Of a stretch of DNA of 39,520 bases, positions 33,679 to 39,520 are shown in pieces. Numbering within the stretch: position 1 is the stretch's first letter; every line of letters starts with the position of its first letter. The DNA is from a virus (lineage: Duplodnaviria; Caudoviricetes). The notes below the pieces were generated by a model, which was given only the letters and a program-made list of their open reading frames with translations, searched no databases and was not told the DNA's origin. The position numbers and the translations under genes are program-made. The DNA is taken from the IMG/VR virus record IMGVR_UViG_3300011335_000314, positions 1 to 39,520 of that record. One strand, 5' to 3'.

Positions 33679-33892
33679 GAATATCACACCCTTCTTTCTT
33701 TGCAATTATTTGAATGCTATTGCCTTGCATACCACACGCGAAGCAATTGAAAATGTTCTGTCTTGTATTAAAACTCGCACTTGCGTGGGAGTCGTTATGG
33801 AACGGACACTTGACGTTTACTTGTCCGCTTGTTCTATTAATGTTGGCACCGTAATGCTTTAGCACCGACACTATGTCTGGTAAATCATCCAC
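33527..33892 (-). CDS. DNA primase zinc-binding (CHC2) part
   Basis: CPFHND..AS......FNCFACG..G. Confidence 0.85.
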   Translation of the reverse strand: MDDLPDIVSVLKHYGANINRTSGQVNVKCPFHNDSHASASFNTRQNIFNCFACGMQGNSIQIIAKKEGCDIREAKSIAEGITGEGNSQVRGKHLSGGRLPRKSGNNAGSSTSGAIRRSRGA

Positions 33893-34256
33893 CAAATACA
33901 TCGCCCAACCTTAATACTAGATATGAATCTGCTATCGACTTTCCTCTGGCTTTGATAACAACCGCTGGAAGGACATCAGAGATTTTAATGTTTCTTGCTT
34001 CGGCGTAGTTCTTTGCTTCGACCTTGGATTCTGCTTGCCATCCTGATAGGTCAATCTTGTTCCCCGCCCCTGGGGCTTTACATTCAAGGATGCCGATAGA
34101 CGCGTTAATGAAATCTGAACGGACAACAACATCTCCTTCATCCTTGCTACCTCTACGAGCAAGTCGTTCAGCGTCGTATCCAAGTCCTCTAAAATAATCT
34201 TTGATGTCTGTTTCATATGTTGCCCCCCGAGCCTTATGGCTCTTTCTAGTTGTCAC
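33885..34256 (-). CDS. Holliday junction resolvase (PD-(D/E)XK)
   Basis: KARGATYE...GSKDEGDV...ILECK. Confidence 0.75.
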   Translation of the reverse strand: MTTRKSHKARGATYETDIKDYFRGLGYDAERLARRGSKDEGDVVVRSDFINASIGILECKAPGAGNKIDLSGWQAESKVEAKNYAEARNIKISDVLPAVVIKARGKSIADSYLVLRLGDVFGG

Positions 34257-35035
34257 GCGTTCTCTGGAATATCGTCGATGTACATATACTCTGGATTAAA
34301 TGCTAACCAAGTCATAAGCGTTCCGTTCGCGTCGGCTCTTCCATAGCGATTTTTGACTGATGCCACGCCCATTGATGTGCCAACTGTGCCGAGCGTACAA
34401 ATGAGAGCAGGGAGTTGGGATACTTTGCCTTGGATGGCGCTTCTTGGCTGGCAAGGATTTCCAGGAACTGCCTCCGAAGTGTGATGTAAAACCACAATTG
34501 CAGCGTTAGTCGCTCTCGCAAGGTACTTCAACTCCTTCATAATTGCTCTCATAGAAGCGAATTCTTCGCCTCCATCTGTTGCAACATCCATAAGGTTGTC
34601 CAAGACGATGAGAGATGGGCTGCATCCCCACAACTCCTCAAACGCTTGGACTTCCTCATCGATGTCTTCTAGCGTAGGTGATGATTCAAACGACCAGACT
34701 ATATGACTTCCTTTTTGGAGGACTGCCTTCGTCCAACCAACATCAGTATTAAGTTTCTGTTCAACATCTGACTGACTCTTCCCCGAAATCATAGATGCTA
34801 AACGCATAGCCATTGTGTGTGCATTGGTATCCGCAGATATGTACAATGTTGGCACATTGGTTTTAAGTGCAAGCGCTAGGGCTAGTGTTGATTTACCTGC
34901 CCCAGGTGCGCCCGCAAACATTGAAACTTCTGAACGACGTATGATAATCTTGTTCGCTTCAAATGCCTTAAACGAACTAGGTAAAGGTTCCCCTCCGATA
35001 GAGGCGCGTCCTACTGACCGTACTAGCGTTCTCAT
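34253..35035 (-). CDS. DnaB-like replicative helicase (ATPase domain only)
   Basis: GAPGAGKST, LIVLDNL, ELK.LA....AIVVLHH and KNRYG motifs. Confidence 0.85.
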   Translation of the reverse strand: MRTLVRSVGRASIGGEPLPSSFKAFEANKIIIRRSEVSMFAGAPGAGKSTLALALALKTNVPTLYISADTNAHTMAMRLASMISGKSQSDVEQKLNTDVGWTKAVLQKGSHIVWSFESSPTLEDIDEEVQAFEELWGCSPSLIVLDNLMDVATDGGEEFASMRAIMKELKYLARATNAAIVVLHHTSEAVPGNPCQPRSAIQGKVSQLPALICTLGTVGTSMGVASVKNRYGRADANGTLMTWLAFNPEYMYIDDIPENA

Positions 35036-35078
35036 CGGTACCCTTTCTAGTTAGTTTAAAATGGAAATTGTTCTTGTT

Positions 35079-35480
35079 CTAGTTGACTGGCTTGCATTGG
35101 TCCGCGCCCTGAGGCATCGGACATACCCACATCGCGTAAGGATTTCCCGTCTTGCTGGAGATTCCCGACTTGTACTTGCGAGGGCCGTGCTGGCACGTCG
35201 GTCCACCCTGTACGGGAGCCGCTGCCGAAGCGGACGGAGCCTGAGCCTGGGGCGGAATTGAGTAAGGCGGAGGCGTTGTGCTTGTAGTGGAATCGGTAGT
35301 CGACAGGGGGGCTAGGGTACCTGCTGCCGCTAGCATACGCTGTGTTGCGTGAATCTGTGTAGCGTAATCTCCGATACCTTCTAGAAGAACGCTCAACTCA
35401 TCCGCGCTGTTGGCACGAATGTTGATTAGGTCTCCAGTAGGTAACTTATAGTTGACTTGTAACTTCCAGTCTTCAGCCAT
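35079..35480 (-). CDS. Conserved replication-module protein with C-terminal Zn-ribbon-like motif
   Basis: Pro/Ala/Thr linker followed by CQHG...G.S.KTG.PY..W.CP.......C. Confidence 0.65.
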   Translation of the reverse strand: MAEDWKLQVNYKLPTGDLINIRANSADELSVLLEGIGDYATQIHATQRMLAAAGTLAPLSTTDSTTSTTPPPYSIPPQAQAPSASAAAPVQGGPTCQHGPRKYKSGISSKTGNPYAMWVCPMPQGADQCKPVN

Positions 35481-35481
35481 A

Positions 35482-36093
35482 TTATTTATCCTTCTTGATA
35501 GAGAATTGACAGTACTCGGTTAGACCGCACATATACTGGCAACTGTTTGTGTTGGGCAAGAATAGCGCAGCCTTACGTGATTTGTCAAATGTTTCTATAA
35601 GGTACTCCATCTTGTCCCTAGTGTAATCAGATAGGTCTACCATCTCAGAGATGTTGTTCCCGCGAGACATATAGTATGTACCCCATTTGACGTCGATACC
35701 AAAGGTTTCTTGGATACCTAGTCGATAGAAAGCAAGTTGTAGGTTGCTGGTAGGTGTCGACTGTGAGGTCTTAAGGTCGACGATAACAAGTTCGCCATTA
35801 ACCTCAAAGACACGGTCGATAATCATCTTGACGGCTACGTCCTTGATGACTGGGGTTAGGGCTAGTTCAATGCCTGGGTTGCCATCTGGTGCTGACCAGA
35901 TTTTCCAAGAAGGATTAGCCTTGCGCCAGTTGATGTAACCATCGACCCACATAGGACCCTTGGTATTCCAAAAAACAACGTCTTCCTTATTGGGGTTAGC
36001 CTTAGTTTCACGACCACCAACGCGTGCATTAGTTAGGTCGGTATCACCTTTAGATGATAGCCAAGCGTCTTCCCATAATTTTTGGGCTATCAC
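35482..36093 (-). CDS. Cas4/RecB-like exonuclease, C-terminal part
   Basis: E...IIDRV...IVDLKT...QLAFY and C-terminal CQYMC.....C. Confidence 0.85.
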   Translation of the reverse strand: MIAQKLWEDAWLSSKGDTDLTNARVGGRETKANPNKEDVVFWNTKGPMWVDGYINWRKANPSWKIWSAPDGNPGIELALTPVIKDVAVKMIIDRVFEVNGELVIVDLKTSQSTPTSNLQLAFYRLGIQETFGIDVKWGTYYMSRGNNISEMVDLSDYTRDKMEYLIETFDKSRKAALFLPNTNSCQYMCGLTEYCQFSIKKDK

Positions 36094-36281
36094 ATATTCT
36101 CCTTGTCATAGTTTTCACAGGCAAGGTGAAAGGCTGAGCCTCCGACTGACCATACAGATGGGGCTTCCTGCTTGTTGAGCAGTCTGCCGAGATAGTACTG
36201 GTACCCACACGTGAGGTAGGTTGTGAACGCAGAGTAGGATATATGCTCTGGTAGTGTATATTCTTCTAGTTTGATTGACAT
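36090..36281 (-). CDS. Cas4/RecB-like exonuclease, N-terminal part
   Basis: ISYS....Y.TCGYQYYL...GSAFH...E, the typical N-terminus of the family. Confidence 0.8.
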   Translation of the reverse strand: MSIKLEEYTLPEHISYSAFTTYLTCGYQYYLGRLLNKQEAPSVWSVGGSAFHLACENYDKENM

Positions 36282-36287
36282 ACAGAC

Positions 36288-36317
36288 AGTATAAACCTAC
36301 AGTTGGGTATTTGTCAA
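36288..36317 (-). promoter_or_regulatory. Sigma70/SigA promoter giving a leaderless transcript of the replication operon
   Basis: TTGACA-18 bp-TATACT ends 6 bp before the ATG at 36281. No SD sequence. Confidence 0.7.
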
Positions 36318-36329
36318 TTATTTAAAGAT

Positions 36330-36357
36330 TTGACTTTTGGCAAAAAGCCTGTATACT
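36330..36357 (+). promoter_or_regulatory. Divergent sigma70-type promoter
   Basis: TTGACT-16 bp-TATACT. Confidence 0.6.
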
Positions 36358-36447
36358 TAGTTATGTAAGTAATTATATATAATATAAAGGCCTTCGGCCT
36401 TATATAATATATAGATAATATAATACATTATACACACTAGGAGAAAT

Positions 36448-36603
36448 ATGTCAAACTTTACGGAGACGTTCGTAGCAGCGCTTGCAGGTATCACAGTATT
36501 CTACCTACTGGAGGCGCTGTATTACGAAGTCAAGGCACGCATCAATGGTCACAATTTCATCAAGTTCGTCGAAGACCTAGAAGATGAAACCTGGGATAGA
36601 TAA
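36448..36603 (+). CDS. Small single-TM membrane protein, 51 aa (not in the ORF track)
   Basis: AGGAG RBS. MSNFTETFVAALAGITVFYLLEALYYEVKARINGHNFIKFVEDLEDETWDR. Confidence 0.7.
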   Translation: MSNFTETFVAALAGITVFYLLEALYYEVKARINGHNFIKFVEDLEDETWDR

Positions 36604-36614
36604 CCCTTAGAAAC

Positions 36615-36668
36615 GACAAAAGACCCCCTCGCCCTAGTATAATCACTAAGGTAAGGGGGTTTCTTGTC
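36615..36668. terminator. Probable bidirectional terminator between convergent genes
   Basis: GACAAAAGACCCCCT...AGGGGGTTTCTTGTC. Confidence 0.65.
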
Positions 36669-36702
36669 TCTATGGGGCTGCTAAGGCCCTATATGAGGGT
36701 AA

Positions 36703-36891
36703 TTACTTGGTCTTGCCAAACTCTGGAGCCTTAGGGTCTAGGGCTTTCCAGATTGGCGCTATTACAGAGGTAATGAAAGCGTATGCTAGTACCTTTGGGT
36801 CTGTCACACCAGACATATACATAGCAAGGATTGTTGGGACTGCTGCACGTGCGTAAGTTGTGGCAACTGCAATGACTTTATCTTTGTTCAT
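36703..36891 (-). CDS. Holin
   Basis: 62 aa with two hydrophobic segments, directly after the endolysin. ..ALDPK..EFG tail. Confidence 0.7.
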   Translation of the reverse strand: MNKDKVIAVATTYARAAVPTILAMYMSGVTDPKVLAYAFITSVIAPIWKALDPKAPEFGKTK

Positions 36892-37337
36892 TTTGTCTCC
36901 TTCTTTGGCAATGGTTTTACCGCTGCCTTTACTTTGTTAACTGTGGTTGCTTTACCCAACCAAGGGAACCAAGGGGAAGTGTCATTCCCAGAGGTATCGT
37001 TGATTGAAATATGCAAATGCTTGTTGTGCTGATTAATTCCAGTATAGCGTGTTTCGCCATTCTTCTTTGACCAAATCTTACCGTGGAAGATTAAATACTT
37101 TACGCGCTTATCTGCCTGAAGTTTTTGGTATAGGTCGAAGCAATCAATCCCATCAATTGGGTCGTGAGTAAGGTCTACTCCATAGCCCGTGTTGTGGTCA
37201 GAGTCAGGATTCTGATTGATATGAGCAGCAGAAGGAAGAAGCCCATCTGATGCCTTGTTGCGAGTTGGACGCAGAGCCGTTGCTTGACGCAGAACAGCAA
37301 TTGCAGCAGGTGTGGCTTTCTTGGCTACAGGTTTCAT
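36888..37337 (-). CDS. Endolysin, M15-like Zn peptidase domain
   Basis: SDH.....VD...KYLI....IWS...H.KHLHIS, the H-x6-D...H Zn ligand pattern. Flanked by membrane proteins. Confidence 0.7.
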   Translation of the reverse strand: MKPVAKKATPAAIAVLRQATALRPTRNKASDGLLPSAAHINQNPDSDHNTGYGVDLTHDPIDGIDCFDLYQKLQADKRVKYLIFHGKIWSKKNGETRYTGINQHNKHLHISINDTSGNDTSPWFPWLGKATTVNKVKAAVKPLPKKETK

Positions 37338-37340
37338 TCA

Positions 37341-37541
37341 TCACTTGCCTTTCTGGATAAGAACTTGATAGAGGATTTCTACTTTTTCTTCTAGCCTAAT
37401 TACCGAATCCTTCAATGAACTGCCAGAATTTGGCTTAAGTTCATATAGGTAATGCTTGACTAGCCAGCGAACTGAACCCGCAAATGCAGACACTATTGCT
37501 ATTACAGATACGATTAGTCCAGCCCAATTTGCTGTGGTCAT
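37341..37541 (-). CDS. Small membrane protein of the lysis cassette
   Basis: N-terminal TM helix, PNSGSSLKD motif and a coiled coil. Confidence 0.7.
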   Translation of the reverse strand: MTTANWAGLIVSVIAIVSAFAGSVRWLVKHYLYELKPNSGSSLKDSVIRLEEKVEILYQVLIQKGK

Positions 37542-37559
37542 TACATTGCACTCCTAGAG

Positions 37560-39520
37560 TTATACGGTACGGATAGTTATATTAATTACGCCACCAAAGC
37601 CGCTGAAACGCTTATCTGGTGGGGTCATGCGGGTAAATGTTATCTGTTCGATAACGGCTTGACGAGACTCACCTGTGGTTAAGTCCTGCCAAGTTAGCAC
37701 GTCGCCATCTTCTTCGATGTCTTCAAGTGCAAGAATTTTCTCAAAGGCTTTGCCTTCGTAGCCAATCATTGAGTTATATCTATCTGTCTCTAGGTCGAAG
37801 CAGTAAACAGGGAACTGGATTATCCGCTGACGAGGGGTAGCAATTGTAGCCTTGGCCTGATAGCCTTTAAAGGTTGGACCCTTGGTGGCATCTGTAGCGT
37901 CACGGTATACAATAAATTTATAGGCCACATACTCTTGCGCGGAAGCAGGAGATGATGTAGTAACTTCAATTGATGGAACCGACGAATCGTATGATATGTG
38001 GTCATATTCAATTCCATTCTTATCTATAGTTTCTAGCGTCATCGAACCATAGGTAAAGTCACCACGACCCAGTAAACGCTTGAAGTTCTTAGGCTCAAGG
38101 GTTCCATAGCGAATATTGCCTGTAGTTAGATACCCAGTAGTACGGAGCGTTGCAGAGTCCTCTACGTATACAGCGCCATTAGCGCTAGATGCGTATGCTG
38201 TTGCAAACATAAGTCTATCTGCTGTAGTAGGGTCGGTATTACCGTCAAAGCAACACGCTGTTGTAACGTGTCCAGTAATCCCGTTAAAGTAGATATCGTT
38301 GGCATACGCAAAGCGCAGAGTATCTAACTCATTATCTAGGTCAATACGAATGAGACCTGGTTCGCCATCAACAGATGTTGCACACCAAACATAATGGTCT
38401 CTTGCAGCAAAGTCATAGCAAGGCTGCGTTGTTTCAACGACAAGTGGGCCATATGTAAGTGAGCCGTCTTGCTCGCTAACTTTTGCGACACGTACGCCTT
38501 TATTGGTTCCAATCATAACGTATCCAAGATAGTGATAAATCTTGTGAATAATTTCACCTTCAGGCATTTGAGCGGCAATCTGTGCTGATGTAAGCACTGG
38601 CATTGAACCGTTGCTTGCTAGAGTGTACTTTTCAATTGTTGATTGTGAACCATTATAGCCAGATAAATAAATTGCTGGCCCTGAAGCGGTAATGCTTGTG
38701 TATACGTGAGATGTTGATGGATGAGTATATACAAGGGTAGGGGTTGATGATACCAAAGGTTGGCACTCGTAAACTTTATTGTCTGCACAGATAACTAAAC
38801 GTTGTTTAACATATTCCATCACACCATTTGTAATTATTTGGCTGTTGTCAAATATCTTAAACTCATCTGCTGTGCTACTTGAATCTCCAGTTAACGGCTT
38901 ACCATACGCAGTAAGTTTTGTTGTTGCACCTGATGTTCTATTAGTAATCCAGTAAGCATTAGTTCCGTCATCGCAAATTGCATAGACTGGATATACACCG
39001 ACACCAGCGTTGTAATCAATGAAGTGAACTGGATTGCTTGGGTCAGTAACCTTAATCTTATCAACATCGTATTCATCGTGCATTAATGCACCAGTAAACG
39101 TGCTCCATTTGATAGAGCGCATATGCTGTTGTACTACACCATTAGATGCAATAGCACCAGTTGTAACGTGTCCTGAAGTTACATTCTTGAGTAGGGTTAC
39201 TTGTCCTTTTGTCCAAACATCCAAACCCTTGCTGTCAGCAAAGCGGTAGTGTCCGTTCTCGTCTGTTGTTGCAGGGTCGTAGAAACGAATACCTGAACCA
39301 GAGTGGAAGGATGCTTGACTTCTAATCCACCAGCCAGTTAGAGATTGCTCTCCTGGCTCAGATGAATTATCAAATTGCTCCTTGCGATAGGTAGCAGTTT
39401 GACGCGTGTATGGGCGTGTGTCATTAATTGCATAAAAGAACGGGAGTCCACCAATTGCTACGTCATAAGACATATCGGTGTTTTGCCATACAGCAGTAGA
39501 CGAGTTAACGCCAACATCTG
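37560..39520 (-). CDS. Tail protein (possible tail nozzle/beta-propeller), allele B; its 5' end lies at 952-1033 across the circular junction
   Basis: 637 aa beta-rich ORF, open to the window end. Last gene of the tail module. Confidence 0.75.
   Translation of the reverse strand, partial: DVGVNSSTAVWQNTDMSYDVAIGGLPFFYAINDTRPYTRQTATYRKEQFDNSSEPGEQSLTGWWIRSQASFHSGSGIRFYDPATTDENGHYRFADSKGLDVWTKGQVTLLKNVTSGHVTTGAIASNGVVQQHMRSIKWSTFTGALMHDEYDVDKIKVTDPSNPVHFIDYNAGVGVYPVYAICDDGTNAYWITNRTSGATTKLTAYGKPLTGDSSSTADEFKIFDNSQIITNGVMEYVKQRLVICADNKVYECQPLVSSTPTLVYTHPSTSHVYTSITASGPAIYLSGYNGSQSTIEKYTLASNGSMPVLTSAQIAAQMPEGEIIHKIYHYLGYVMIGTNKGVRVAKVSEQDGSLTYGPLVVETTQPCYDFAARDHYVWCATSVDGEPGLIRIDLDNELDTLRFAYANDIYFNGITGHVTTACCFDGNTDPTTADRLMFATAYASSANGAVYVEDSATLRTTGYLTTGNIRYGTLEPKNFKRLLGRGDFTYGSMTLETIDKNGIEYDHISYDSSVPSIEVTTSSPASAQEYVAYKFIVYRDATDATKGPTFKGYQAKATIATPRQRIIQFPVYCFDLETDRYNSMIGYEGKAFEKILALEDIEEDGDVLTWQDLTTGESRQAVIEQITFTRMTPPDKRFSGFGGVINITIRTV
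38570..39520. repeat. Imperfect terminal direct repeat, copy 2
   Basis: Matches 1-951 without indels. Confidence 0.95.

Noticed and set aside
1-39520. Prophage or temperate lifestyle
   Set aside because: No integrase, ParA/ParB, CI-like repressor or flanking host genes were recognised, and the ends overlap circularly.

Overview
The window appears to be one complete, circularly permuted genome of a tailed phage, with a unit length of about 38,569 bp. Bases 1-951 reappear at 38570-39520 as a diverged second allele. The host is probably an actinobacterium, inferred from WhiB, a leaderless transcript, a split primase, a sigma-like protein and an M15-type endolysin. Virion module (minus strand, 23.4 kb down to 1, wrapping round to 36.7 kb): terminase, portal, Ntn/HslV-like protease, three large putative internal proteins, scaffold, major capsid, small basic proteins, glycosyltransferase, adaptor, tail fibres, methyltransferase, tail protein, endolysin and holin. 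Non-coding control region: 23.4-24.1 kb, rich in hairpins. Early region (plus strand, 24.1-30.7 kb): many mini-ORFs, an amidoligase plus class II glutamine amidotransferase pair, WhiB and a lytic transglycosylase. Replication module (minus strand, 36.3-30.7 kb): split Cas4/RecB-like nuclease, DnaB-like helicase, resolvase, split primase, HNH, phosphoesterase and sigma factor. No integrase, DNA polymerase, tRNA gene or CRISPR array was recognised. The strongest unexplained signal is a two-motif cis-element system confined to the early region: 8 copies of the palindrome (G)TTCGGTTAACCGAA(C) and 4 copies of CCGACACAAAC, interleaved with sigma70-type promoters. Several compact structured-RNA candidates were also found. 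All family assignments come from motif recognition by eye, not from database searches.
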